Part shown: positions 1-12,422 of the stretch, one piece after another | How positions within the stretch are numbered: the first letter of the stretch is position 1 | How the letters are laid out: each line of letters opens with the position of its first letter | Source: Octopus vulgaris | Taxonomy: Eukaryota | DNA: 64,000 nt | Reading direction: 5' to 3' | Assembly (NCBI GenBank): GCA_951406725.2 | Contig: OX597819.1 | Span: 124,310,001-124,374,000, forward strand | The notes under the pieces: generated by a model | Told to the model about the DNA's origin: nothing | Database searches by the model: none | What the model saw: only the letters and a program-made list of their open reading frames with translations | Made by a program: the position numbers and the translations under genes

Positions 1-281
1 TGGAGCAACGTGAAATAAAGTATCTTCTTCAAGGACATAACATGCTACTGAGAATCAAACTTACAACCACGGGCTGAATACCCTAACCATTTGGCCATAA
101 CACAATCATTTTTGATTAACCTGCATAAGAAGTTCATGTGGGCAATTATAACTGGATCGATCAAATGTTTAATGGAAACCCAATTTACCACCTTTATATA
201 GAATAAGGGAAATTAAATGAAGATCAAATACAGTTATTGCAAATAGTATAAAAAAAAGACAACAAATGAATCCATATATAC

Positions 282-361
282 CTGACACCATTTTCCTCTA
301 CTTCAATGTCAGGAGCCAAGAAATATTGTAACGGATTGGGCCACATATCATCCTTGATTAC
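282..361 (-). CDS. SET: SET coding exon 5 (gene continues left of the window; acidic tail not seen)
   Basis: [26 protein letters not shown]; ttttCAG acceptor, AG|GTATAT donor; no stop codon reached. Confidence 0.93.
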
Positions 362-647
362 CTGAAAAGTTAACAAAAGTAGATAAATGGAAAGGCTTTC
401 CCAAAATATCTATTCTATGAACAGATGTATTATAATTAGAAATATTGAATTTCTAAATGTCTCAGAGAGACATGAGCGGTGGTGGAACAATAAAGTGGTT
501 GTATGCTGTCAACTTAACGTGACAGGGAATCACACCACCGCTATTTAGCCCTAGGAAGCATCGATGCTTCCTGTCGGCTTTGAAACATTTCCTGTGTCCT
601 TATATTTGCGAAGGGGAGGCAAGCACCCCCAACAGCTAGGGCCTGCA

Positions 648-694
648 CCTAGAGACATGCATGTTTCTGAGTCTTGCTCGTCACCAGTCAAGGG
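648..694 (-). ncRNA. Degenerate hammerhead relic
   Basis: CCTTGA-CTGGTGA-CGAG.caaga.CTCA-GAAAC-ATGCAT-GTC-TCTAGG; one core substitution and a broken stem II pair. Confidence 0.5.
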
Positions 695-1116
695 TAGTCA
701 GTTCTGCTAGTTGAAGATGCCCGCCAAGGCTTCGCAAATATATTTTCAGTGAAATCTATTCACTGATCACCAAAATTAGAAATATTAAATTTCTAAATGT
801 CTCAGACATGAGCGGTGGTGGAGTTATACTTTCTCCAAAGTCAAGGACTTAATTTCAAATTGAAATTTAGCTTGATATTTGGTCTCAATTTACCTAAAGA
901 AGTATTCTTTTCCAAAGCTTCCAGCTAAATTATGCAAACATTAAACAATGAATGTCACACCAACAAAGCATTTCTTTTGAATGTAAAGGGGTAATAAAAC
1001 CATGCTCAACAAAATGGGTTGCTTTCACAGAAGGAATCACAGCAAAGCCCTTGTTGCAAAGGGCAAGTTGAATGTTAATGTACAGTCCAGAAAATATTTA
1101 GAAAAGTTAACAACAA

Positions 1117-1380
1117 CATCAATGGAAATTGTAGCTGTGATACCAGTGCCGGTGGCACGTAAGAGAACTATCCGAACGTGGCCATAGCCAGCGCCGCCCG
1201 ACTGGCCTCTGTGCCAGTGACACGTAAAAAGCACCCCCTACACTCATGGAGTGGTTGGCGTTAGGAAGGGCATCCAGCTGTAGAAACACTGCCAGATCAG
1301 ACTGGGCCTGGTGCAGCCTCCTGTCGAACCGTCCAACCTATGCTAGCATGGAAAACGGACATTAAACGATGATGATGATG
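1117..1380 (+). mobile_element. 5'-truncated RTE LINE, 3' UTR only, (GAT)n tail
   Basis: ...GCTAGCATGGAAAACGGACATTAAACGATGATGATG end; same sequence follows an RTE ORF end at 28718-29358. Confidence 0.75.
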
Positions 1381-1615
1381 AATGTCAGAATGGATAATTT
1401 ATAGTATCACTACTTTCTTTTCTCAGATTCAACAAAAATGGAATATGTTAAGTAAATACATCTTATTAAGCATGAAGTCTTTAATAGCTAAAAGAAATTT
1501 TTACCTCTTTCATTAGCAACGGAAACTTTATTTGGTTGGTTAGCCTCAATTAACCATACATCAAAACTATTTCTATTTACATCTCAAACTGAAGATTCTA
1601 GGACCAAGATCTTAC

Positions 1616-1791
1616 CTCAGCTATATCATCTGCTGACGGGTCCTTATTGTCTAAAAACCAGGTGAAAAAAGTCCGGTTCGGTTGATGTTTTCTCTTTCTA
1701 TCAGCAATCACAATCTGCTCTCGCTGCACCTTCTTTGTCAGATCCATACCATCCTGCCAGTTGATAGATGTTGACTTTGAAGCAGGGTCCC
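1616..1791 (-). CDS. SET: SET coding exon 4
   Basis: GDPASKSTSINWQDGMDLTKK...RTFFTWFLDNKDPSADDIAE; ttttTAG acceptor, GTAAGA donor, phase 1/0. Confidence 0.95.
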
Positions 1792-2335
1792 CTAAAAAGT
1801 GGAAATAACATATTAAACAAAGAAACAGCCCCTATTTATCAAGTAAGAATCAATGCCAACACAGCAAGCAGTGTTACCAAGAGAACTCTTCAACAGCTAT
1901 ATGGAAAGAATTGACAGCTCAATAGCATTATGGTGTGCCTTGGCAAGTTAAGAACCTTACCTCACCTAACTGTGAGGAAAAGGAATCATATTCTTGGAAT
2001 ATTTTGCATTGGACACGAAATACGTCCATAGAAAACTCATCTCTCATAAACTTGACATTATCACATGCAAGATACAAATTCTTAATCTACCAAAACGAGG
2101 TCCCTATTTAAATACATTCAGTTCTTTTGACTCAGAACATTTGATTCCTAGAAGTCCTCTTCACCATCTTTCTTGTAGCTGTTTAAGTGGATCACTAACG
2201 TCATTAATCTAATTAGTCTCAGAGGTGCTGCAAAGAACATGGACGCAGCCCCCTCCTTCCATATTAGACTAACAAGCACACATAAAAATTCAATAGGCAA
2301 GAAGAAAAAAACCAGCCCCAGCCATTAACCTCACA

Positions 2336-2825
2336 TCTCTCTATATATAAACGGCAAAATGTCTGTGTGTGTGTATCCTTTATACAAATCCACAATTCTA
2401 CAGTTAGAGGGCTCGCACTTTCTATGGTCATTCAAAACCGTCCAAGGGTTGTCGTGCACATCTTTACATTTCGACAGTCACCCTACAAGGCCATTAAAGA
2501 AATCAATAGAAGTGACTTTTTTGTGAATTTTCTATCCCAAACCCAAAACTTGATATGCCATTTGAATGCCAGCTAGCTGTATGTGATTGGTTGGAGATTT
2601 GGACAGTACTCGTGTGTATGTGCGCACACTATGGTGTACCTTGGCAAGTTAAGAACCTTACCTCACCTAACTGTGAGGAAAAGGAATCATGTTCTTGGAA
2701 TATTTTGCATTGGACAGGAATTACATCCACAGAAAACTCATCTCTCATAAACTTGACATTATCACATCCAAGACAAATTCTTAACCTGCCGAAACTAGCA
2801 CTATGATGCCAGGTCATAGTGCTAT
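2336..2825 (+). mobile_element. Non-autonomous Helitron-like element with an internal ~165 bp insert
   Basis: 5' TC, body shared with 30111-30454 and 43125-43495, 3' hairpin TAGCACTATGA/TCATAGTGCTA. Confidence 0.7.
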
Positions 2826-3152
2826 TTATTGTATAAAACAACAGTAACAGTAGTTTTGTATTATAGATAACTTTGAAAACAGCAGCAGTACCTACATGTG
2901 CACAAGTGACAAAACACTGGATAAACAACCAATGAAATCCATATTCTTTTAGCTCCCCACAGTGCATTCCTTTCTTTCTTTAAAATATAAACAATCCAAC
3001 AACTACGGCCCATCAATGAAAATCAAACACAATTAAGGTTACATGCAGAATACTAAAAAAACAAGCAGGGTGGTTAACAAACATGAAACAAAGGGATTAC
3101 AATCCAATTCGGAAGGAAGAACACTTACACAATGAAGAAATATTTGACATAC

Positions 3153-3270
3153 CCGTCGTTGCCAAGTGGAACTCCTTGCACAAAATGTCATTTGAGAAAT
3201 AGGGGTTTGGTGAGAAATGAAATTTGACTCGATATCCAGACTTAATATCCTCAAACTCTTCGACTTCCAC
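3153..3270 (-). CDS. SET: SET coding exon 3
   Basis: [39 protein letters not shown]+G; ttctctgtAG acceptor, GTATGT donor, phase 0/1. Confidence 0.95.
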
Positions 3271-3974
3271 CTACAGAGAAATTGAAAATGATATGCATTA
3301 CAGACACCCATCTAAAAATCAATCCAGGAACCAATTTACTGAGAAAACATGGTATACACAATAAATTTCTTTTTAAGTAAAAGCAAAGTATTATACTAAT
3401 AAAAATAGTTATTATTCCAATTTATGACCCAATGAATAATTGCTGAAAGGTCATCCAATGCCCCAAACCAAAATCTCTCACATAAATTAGAAAGCTTAAA
3501 TTTGTCTATTGTGAGAAGAGAATGTCAGACTGGTTGCTACACTCATTTAATACCTCTTTTTAGCAAAAAATTATCAGATTGGTGTATTCAGCCCTGTAAA
3601 GGCAGATTTTTCTATGGTCTACTGCCCTTTCTATCATCAACACTCACCTGTTTCCAATCTCCCCATGACTAGGCATGGTTTCTTAGAAGATTGGAAACAA
3701 AGGGCACTTTCTTTCATGATGGTGACATTCACATCTATCATGTGAAGGAGACAATAACACACACACAACGGGCTTTTTCAGCTTGTGTACCAAATCCACT
3801 TGCCCAAGGTGCCATGTATTTTAGAAACTTATTTTCATACCAGTCTTCTCACACATTGAAAGTATAGAACAATTTTCTTAAAATATTTAAATCAATAGAA
3901 TCAAATGCATAAATATTAACATTTTATAGTGTTGCAGATAGCTCTATAAAGTGCCAATCTAACAAAGTGGATAG

Positions 3975-4310
3975 AATTCATGGAAGAATAAGACCCAGGA
4001 AGTCATGGGATGCGGTACTGGAGGACAACATCAGGATGCTGAACTGAGATACCTGGCCCCTTGCTGTACCCAAGAAGACCCAGTCACCACAGCAGAAGTA
4101 TTAAGGCCACCACTCTTTGGGGAAGAGGATTAGCCTGCACAAGTCTTTTGCTGTTTAAAAGCATCCAGCACACACTGTATAGTTGGAGTTAGGAAGGGCA
4201 TTCAGCTGAAGAAAACAAGCTAAATTAGACTGGAACCTGGTGCAGCTCTGGTCAAAGTGTCCAACATAAGTCAAAATGGAAAACGGATGTTATGGGATGG
4301 TGATGATTTA
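3975..4310 (+). mobile_element. Decayed RTE LINE 3' end
   Basis: AGACCCAGGAAGTCATGGGATG (RPRKSWD) followed by a degenerate copy of the RTE 3' UTR. Confidence 0.55.
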
Positions 4311-4872
4311 CATCATGAATAAAGACTGGTGAAAATCAACAAGTAATTATTACTGCAATACTTCAGTTCCACCAAGTTTAAGCAAGACTTGGGAGTATGT
4401 ACCACAATGACATTGTAAGCAACTGAGTACTGCAAAATACTCTATCTTTCAATAACAAGCAGACAGAATAAAACAATTGTACTGCAGTAATTGCCAAAAC
4501 GAAATGATGAATTATCAGGTTTAAAACCTAAGTAGTAACAAAGACAATAAATAATGAGTAATAACTTTTTTGTTGCCTTACACAAAACTAATTTATTCCA
4601 ATGAACTTTACCGAATTTACTGTTAATAAAACTTGAGACATATGAAAAACGTAAATCATCTTCCACAATTGTCCTACTTAATGACTTGTTGAAAATTAAA
4701 TGAAATCTGCTTTTCATACTAAGGAACTTGCACTAGTGGAAACACCAGTTTATGCAACTTGGGCAGAATAAATAATAAGTAATTTTGCTCAGTGCACCAC
4801 ATTATCAGCAAATATCTCAGATACACACACATGATCTATTTCTGAAATTTCCACCAACCAACATCGGTCACC

Positions 4873-5645
4873 TTAACCCCTTAATGGATCAATTATTTTG
4901 ACATGGCGTTTCATTTCAGAGCATATTTCTTAAAAAAAATTATATACACTGTGTTAATTACAAAAAACATTTAAAAAAAAAATCTTGTTTCCTTTATTTT
5001 TTATTATAGAAATTAAAATGTACTTTTACTCATTTGGACTTAAACCAGTTAACTCGGACATTGAAAAAATACATATAACTATCTTTGATTTCTATAAGAT
5101 GTATTGCTTTTAAATCAAAGGAAAACTTTTTAAAAATGAGATAGTTTATTTAAGCGACTCTTCTCTACACATTTTGCACACTGTCTTGTAGGGTTCTTTT
5201 TCTTATCACTTGGTGGTATTTCCATGGGAAAGTGACCAGCCAGGGTAAATCTTGTTGGATATTGGATCGATGAGGGTCTTCCAGGTTTCATGGGAGGCAA
5301 TAAGGGCCTACATTTTTCAATAATCTTGGTGATTATTTGCATTCTTAATTGCAGCGGTTTCATAGCAGAAGCTGAAGTTTCTAAAGATGCTTTATACAAA
5401 ACATAAGCATTCCAGTATAGCCAAATCCATCAAACGAAAAAATCCTTTTTTTAATATATTTTTCCCCATGTAAATTTTCTCCACAAGTAAATTTGTGATT
5501 GCTCAAAAATGAAATGGCACAAAACAAATAAACTCGTTTATGTGTTAAAATTAAAAGTTAATTTTGACTGAGTATACTCGTCTGGTTCTAAAAAGATATA
5601 TTTGTGATGCACGAGTAAACTTGGGATAATCCATTAAGGGGTTAA
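4873..5645 (-). mobile_element. Internally deleted piggyBac element
   Basis: TTAA at 4873 and 5642; 13 bp TIR CCCCTTAATGGAT/ATCCATTAAGGGG; residual transposase C-terminus LAGHFPMEIPPSDKKKNPTRQCAKC. Confidence 0.88.
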
Positions 5646-5806
5646 AGGTAAAGGAAAAACTGAGAGATAAACTAAGCTCACACTATATGCACAACCTTTT
5701 CTTACATCATTCCAAATATGTACACCTCACCTATAATACAATTAAACATTAACCAGAATTCAACTGAAAAGCTACTTCAAACCCTCCACTTTGGAGTCCA
5801 ACTCAC

Positions 5807-5878
5807 CATATTGAGATAATGTAAGCATTCTTCCTCTTCTTCATCAAGTATTACTGAGATCTGTGGATGATTAACAAA
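5807..5878 (-). CDS. SET: SET coding exon 2
   Basis: FVNHPQISVILDEEEEECLHYLNM continues the SET sequence after FWVTA; CAG acceptor, GTGAGT donor, 72 nt, phase 0/0. Confidence 0.95.
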
Positions 5879-5989
5879 CTGAGAGCAACAGTCAAGGAAA
5901 TGTGTTAAGAAGAACTGAACAGGGTGGGAGAAAACTGATGACCTTAGTGCATGCAAACACAAATGGATAAGTCCATCAACAGTGAATTG

Positions 5990-6376
5990 GAATCTTTTCG
6001 GTTTGAACGGCAGTTTTTTAAAATAATTTCCACTTCACTAAACACTTTTAAACTTCGTATACTGGTAGAATGTGTTTATAAAACATCTTTTTCTCTTGGC
6101 TTTATTAAGAAAATTCTATAGTTTGTAAGATATTTGTTGGTTTTTCTTCAATTTCAACCAATCAATGGCGTCTATTGAGGTGAAAACACTCTGTGCCGTA
6201 TGAATATGTCCCTCGTTTAAGAAACAGGTTGGGTTTATTTACATTTGTGAAGAAAAACAGATACCCTTCCCCCAACCCCTAAAACAGATTGAAATGCAAT
6301 AGTACTAGGGTCATAATTATGGGTGACAATTTCATGACACCACTAGAAAAAACTGCCATTCAAACCGAAAAGATCC
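5990..6376. mobile_element. MITE with ~27 bp TIRs (family also at 12423-12816 and 57820-58210)
   Basis: ATCTTTTCGGTTTGAACGGCAGTTTTT ... AAAAACTGCCATTCAAACCGAAAAGAT. Confidence 0.8.
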
Positions 6377-6961
6377 GTGAATTGCAGTAAGTGTACAATA
6401 CTGCTAGTAGTTTGTGCAAACTGTTTAAATTTTACCATCAAATACCTCAAAACATCTAAAATCTCATCTCCTGCTATCTTGTGTAAGATAGCGGTTGCAA
6501 TTTTGCTATAACAATTAAACCAAGAAAACATATTTTTTACCCCAAGCGCACTTTTTCAATAAACAATGCATATCAAACGACCGAAAACAACTAGTTAGAA
6601 AGACAAATTTGAAAATAGAAAAAAATTTTTCAATTTTACTATAAACAGCCTAGACATTAAAATTACTGCCAGCAGTAGTGATGAAAATGAATAAGAAAGG
6701 AATAAATTTAAACAGATGAAGCCATGACATAAATAGCTTTTTCAGAGACAAAGCAGGAATAAATTTTTAACATAGTATTCCATGGTGTAGGTAAAACATA
6801 CCATTGGTGAAATAAGGAAAATAAAATGTGTTAAATATGCTCAAAAGAGACTATTTAATAATAGTCATTATAAATGTTGGTTGACTTAATCACAGACAGA
6901 TAAGGAGAGGGAGTAAATGACAGAGCTTTTGAAAAATAATTTTCATTTCATTTCATATTAG

Positions 6962-7137
6962 TGGTACCATTTAAGAGTGGTCCCGATGCGTGCACTTGCG
7001 CTAACTAGTCATGAGTAGTCGATCCTATAACGACCACCTAGCAAAGTGAATAAAACAGAAATACAAAGTGCGGATCGACTAGTCATGACTACCTAGCACG
7101 GATACGCACTGGGACCACTCTTCTTAAACAGTACCCC
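6962..7137. mobile_element. Palindromic foldback MITE (related copy at 12863-13030)
   Basis: Arms AGTGGTCCC...CTAGTCATGA...GTCGATCC / GGATCGAC...TCATGACTA...GGGACCACT. Confidence 0.7.
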
Positions 7138-8104
7138 AAAATGAGATAAAAATTAAATTATACTTGTTGAATGCATGCTACATTTCCTGACATTACACAT
7201 CACGATAGGTAACACTAGTATCGTACCAGTCTTAAATGCAAGGGGAAATAAACCATAAAATAAAGTGGCAGTCAATATAATACCCTATTTATCAAGACAA
7301 TAAATACACCTTAATCAGCCCAAAACTTGCTTCACACCCGAGTAATCAGGGTAACTAAAAACATTTCATATCTTCCCTCCTTTATTCACAAGATGGGAGG
7401 AAGAAGATATACTAAAATAGGTCGTTTTGCATATCCAAGACCCAGCTTTGATTTTCAATAACAGTTTAACTATTCCCCTTATGTTACCATTCTCATTATG
7501 CTTCTGTATACAAGTATAATGCAGCCCTAATGGTATGTTAATGTGACGTACCTATTCACACTTATTAAAAAATAATTCATCATTTCAAAATCTAGTTTTA
7601 TATGCCTGCATGGGTTACACGAAATACCTTGTGTTAGGTTTTCTATAGTTGCAGTTGGAGACACTTGCTGAAGGTGCCTCACAGAAGGACTGAACCTGAA
7701 ACCATGTGGTAAGGAAGTGAACTTGTAAAAGTAAAATTCTATTTTAGGATTTATAATATTGCTCATGTATTTTTCTGAAGTTCAATATGAACTTATGATC
7801 TTCTGAGTTGCTTGAATGCAACAATTCTAAATCAGGAATCACCATTCCTGGACCTACGAGGTTACTAAGGCCTTTGAAAAGCTAAGGCATCCAAAATCAA
7901 GGAAATCCATGAGATTTTATTAAACCTGGACAAAGTTGGGCACCGATGTTCGTTTTATATATAAAAGGGTAAAAAAACAAAACAAGAAAACAACTTTTGA
8001 AGAGTAGAGCTTAATTCTTGATTTCACTTGGATAAAAAGGTACCATTTCAAAAAAGCCAGAACACTGACCTAGAAAGAGAAAACATTTAACTATTAAATA
8101 TTTG

Positions 8105-8400
8105 CAGCGTGGAAGGTGTTTACAAGCTATTTAAGAAACACACAAAAAACGTTAGATTCACTTCAACATTTAAATTTAATTTGTCAAAATATTTTTGTCG
8201 CTTTGAGACAGCAACCTGTTCACTGACAAAACTTTGTGCTGCAGAAGAACAGGTCGCAGCCCCAAAGCGACGAAAATATTTTGACAAATTAAATTTAAAT
8301 GTTGAAGTGAATCAAACGGCTTTTTGTGTGTTTCTTAAATGGCTTATAAACATCTTCAACGCTGCAATTGTTTTCATTCCAGCACACGATCTCAGATCAA
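8105..8400. repeat. Foldback repeat with ~100 bp arms (related copy at 57310-57510)
   Basis: 8118-8222 is the reverse complement of 8247-8351. Confidence 0.75.
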
Positions 8401-8759
8401 GTCACTCACTATGCAAGTACATCTCCGTAACATTAAATATTTATGTTTACATATATTTTTAAAACAGATTTCTCTCTCTTCTACTGAAGTCTTTGAACCA
8501 GCATTTTTAAATAACTGCTTCTAGCACAAGGCCAAGAATTATGAGGGGAGGGAGGTGGATTAGATGATCCAACTAAGACAGTACTTTATTTTGTTGATGG
8601 CTGAAAGGCAAAGTCGACCTTGGTGGAATATGAATTCAGATTGTAAAGAATTAGGACAAATACTGCAAAGCATCTTTTCCAATGCTGTGTAATGATTTTG
8701 TCAGCTCACTGAATTTTTAATAATGGGAATATATATATATATATATATATATATAATTG

Positions 8760-9232
8760 ATATAGGATAAAATTTTTTTCGGGAAAATTTTTTTATCAAT
8801 GGCCAGCATATCAAAAAATGCCTTTAAAGGTAAAATTTATACATAATTTACAAGATAAGGGCAGAAGAAAAATTCTAATGCCAGATATGCCGAAACATAA
8901 AATTGTCGATAACCATTAAGTTTATGCGTCTCGAAACAAACCAATAGAAATCTCTAAAAAATTCGTTATTACCGTATTGGTCCAATTTCGGGGTTAATTC
9001 ACAAAAAATTTCCCCCTCTTCAGCGGCACATACGCGAGATATAAATGAAATACTTATTCATACCCACGGAATTACCCCTGAAATTGGACCAATACGGTAA
9101 TAACGAATTTTTTTTAGAGATTTCTATCGGTTTGTTTTGAGACGCATAAACTTAATGGTTATCAACAACTTTTTGTTTTGGCGTATCTGGCATTAGAATT
9201 TTCCTTCTGCCCTTATCTTGTAAATTATGTAC
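8760..9232. mobile_element. Penelope-like terminal repeat relic with ~160 bp inverted arms and a hammerhead
   Basis: 8841-9000 inverted against 9070-9230; inserted in (TA)n; hammerhead at 8971-9027; Penelope assignment is inference. Confidence 0.6.
8971..9027 (-). ncRNA. Type I hammerhead ribozyme motif, intact core
   Basis: Minus strand GCCG-CTGAAGA-GGGG...CCCC-GAAA-TTGG-A-CCAA-TA-CGGT: stems I, II, III all pair; AUA cleavage triplet. Confidence 0.75.
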
Positions 9233-9904
9233 ATATATATATATAGATATGTTCAAAGTAATGTAAAAATTGTTAACAATTGTCTTGCTTTCCTTATCAA
9301 ATTATTCTACCTTTTGTGAAATTAACAGTAAGGCGATTGCAATTATGACAAATTTTCACCCCCCTAACATCAAATGAAAACATCATGCAACAGTTTATAG
9401 ACTGTAAAAACACAAAAGCTAAACAGTTGTGAACTGCTGACTGAAGTCTGCAATAAAGATCTCTTTTAACTAATTGAAACATATTAAAATGAAATCTCTG
9501 TGAAACCCTTGCAGCATGTCAGGGAGGTTGCCTCACTATTTCTTTAATGGTTAAGTCACAAAGAGAAATAATAATAATAATAATAATAATAAAAGTGCCA
9601 TAGTCAAAAAGCGCTTAGGTTGCAGTAAAAATTATTAGAGAATCCCATGAAAATATTCTAAATCAACTTAGGAATATTGAGATGAATTAGCAACATCCTT
9701 GTTACTTCAAATCTAGTGTAAATTCAGGTTTGTGTAGTAAATTATATATATATATATATATATATAAAAAGACCAAAAAACAAAAAAACATTCAGTCAAT
9801 TAAAGTCCTAACTTAACGTTAACATTCCTTTTTTAACACATTGATAAAACAAAATCGCTGAAATGAATCTACTGGAAATAAGTATTTTCCTATAGAGAGT
9901 TCTC

Positions 9905-10087
9905 CCGTGCCGGTGGCATGTAAAAAGCACCCACTACACTCTCGGAGTGGTTGGCGTTAGGAAGGGCATCAAGCTGTAGAAACTCTGCCAGATCAAGACT
10001 GGAGCCTGATGCAGCCTCCTGGTTTGCAAGATCTGTCAAATCATCCAACCCATGCTAGCATGGAAAGTGGACGTTAAACGATGATGA
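9905..10087 (+). mobile_element. RTE LINE 3' UTR fragment
   Basis: Same family and tail as 1117-1380. Confidence 0.75.
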
Positions 10088-10825
10088 CTTGATCTGGAAG
10101 AAAGAAGAGTGACCATGGCACTGGCAGCACTTTTGTGAAATTGATGCCATTAATATTCATTTCACTGAAACCACTGCAAATCGACAACAAAGAGAAGCAG
10201 GAGGGGAAAAATTTGGGGCTGGTGTTAGTGCATGGCCTGAGTTAGGAGTTAAATGCAAAATGGGTGATGAGGGAAGTGGATCAGGAATGCCGAAGTGAAG
10301 GTGGGATAGGACTAGCTAGCTTCGAGAAAACACAGGTTATTCTGGATATACAAAAAGCAGAGATGAGATAGGATGCTTGTAGAAGTAGAGTCATTTTATG
10401 CCAATCTGTTTAGTGGTTTTCTTGGAATGCTGTTAGGATTCCTGTGTATAACAGTATTCCACTGTGCATCCTACATGAACTGAGCACGAGAACCAGACTT
10501 TGAAAAGCGACTCTAACCATATACCAACGACCTTGTGTTTGCTATGAGAAATCTTCAGTACTAATGAAATCTAGCTTTGTAGAGAGCTCATGAAGGCTCA
10601 CCGTTTGTGCAATTCATGCTTAAAGGAGGTGAGGTACGATGATGGTTGGGGGAGGGGGCGCTAATGCAGAATTGCACCCCTCCTTGAAAAATGCATTTTT
10701 AAAAAAATATTTTTCGGATTCTTACATTTCAGATGCCATAGATTACGAATATGCACAAAAACCCCCACCCCTTTCATTCCCCCATGCAGCGAATTGACGA
10801 ACATACGCAAATTGAAATTAAATAT

Positions 10826-11163
10826 AGGCGTAGGAGTGGCTGTGTTAAGTAGCTTGTTTACCAACCACCTGGTTCCGGGTTCAGCCCCACTGCGTAGCAC
10901 CTTGGGCAAGTGTCTTCTACTATAGCCCCGGGTCGACCAAAACCACGTTAGTGGATTTGGTAGACGGAAACTGAAAGAAGCCCGTCGTATGTATGTGTAT
11001 CTGTGTTTGTACCCCCAACATCGCTTGACAACTGATGTTGGTGTGTTTACATCACCGTTACTTAGCGGTTCGGCAAAAGAGACCGATAGAATAAGTACTA
11101 GGCTTACAAAGAATAAGTCTGGGGTTAGATTTGCTCGACTAAAGGCGATGCTCCAGCATGGCC
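10826..11163 (+). mobile_element. tRNA-derived SINE with CORE-like segment (family B)
   Basis: A-box TGGCTGTGTTAAG, B-box GGTTCAGCCCC, CCTTGGGCAAGTG CORE-like motif, tail GCTCCAGCATGGCC. Confidence 0.8.
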
Positions 11164-11759
11164 AGTTTTGTTTATAGACAAAAACATTAAAGTGAAAAGA
11201 ATTTGCGTTTTACTTGTGTTTGCCTTAAATAATTAAATTTAAATTAAATATACACCAAGTTTAATAATCAATGTTCACCCCCATCCCATCACCCAATTTC
11301 AAATTTTGAACTTTATCATCCACTTATAAACATATCCACATGGTTAGTGAATTTAATATTTTGAAAACGGTTTTTTGCATATTCGGAATCTCCGTCATCG
11401 ATAACATGGGAATCCGCAGGGAGAAAAAAAACACAAAACCCCCGGAAATGTCTGTTTTTGCGTAGGGACGTGGGGGGCGACTGTGAACCAGATCCACCAA
11501 AGGTGGTTTTTAGAAAGATTTCGAAAAAAGTTCAAAACTTTAAATTAGAGTAGAGAGAAGTTTAAAAAGAAATTTCTTTTGGCATATTAGTCATCTGACA
11601 TCTAAAACGTAGGAATCCGAAAATCTTTTTTTCAAAAAAGTGCAATTTTCCAGAACCTGCATTAGCAAGATTAAAAAAAAAATATATGAATATATTAATT
11701 TCATATAACCGGTTATTGAAAAGACCAATGAAACAAAACCAATTTCAAAATTGTATATA

Positions 11760-12150
11760 TAGGCGCAGGAGTGGCTGTGTGGTAAGTAGCTTGCTAACCA
11801 ACCACATGGTTCCGGGTTCAGTCCCACTGTGTGGCATCTTGGGCAAGTGTCTTCTGCTATAGCCCCGGGCCGACCAATGCCTTGTGAGTGGATTTGGTAG
11901 ATGGAAACTGAAGGAAGCCTGTCGTATATATATATATGTGCATGTGTGTCTGTGTTTGTCCCCCTAGCATTGCTTGACAACCGATGCTGGTGTGTTTACG
12001 TCCCCGTCACTTAGCGGTTCGGCAAAAGAGACCGATAGAATAAGTACTGGGCTTACAAAGAATAAGTCCCGGGGTCGAGTTGCTCGATTAAAGGCGGTGC
12101 TCCAGCAAGGCCGCAGTCAAATGACCGAAACAAGTAAAAGAGTAAAGAGA
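11760..12150 (+). mobile_element. SINE family B, full length
   Basis: As 10826; complete tail GGCGGTGCTCCAGCA..CAGTCAAATGACCGAAACAAGTAAAAGAG. Confidence 0.85.
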
Positions 12151-12422
12151 GTTCTTTTTCTTCTTCTTGTGGTTCAAAGAGGCGGAAACGGCACGAGTTG
12201 ATTGCCATAGGATGATGGTTTTGCGGGTATCTGTTCATGGAATCAAAAAAGATTTGTGCGAGGGGTTTCGGTTGCCTACAAGTGATGCTCGAAAGGTTTA
12301 GGCTAGAACGAAGGAAGATATCAGCTGCGTAAAAAGGAACTTAGAATATGACAAGGCAATGCAAATTAGAGGGGCCAATCGGTCAAATGCATCATTTGTA
12401 CGCGCGCATATTTATATATACA

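Noticed and set aside
1929-2075. U17/snR30-like motifs ATATTCC and ACACCAT on the minus strand
   Set aside because: No ACA box at the expected distance after the second motif and flanking stems do not fit; kept only as a weak structured-RNA possibility in the findings
8225-8290. Hammerhead-like GTCGC..GCGAC-GAAA in the foldback
   Set aside because: No CTGANGA core upstream of the stem
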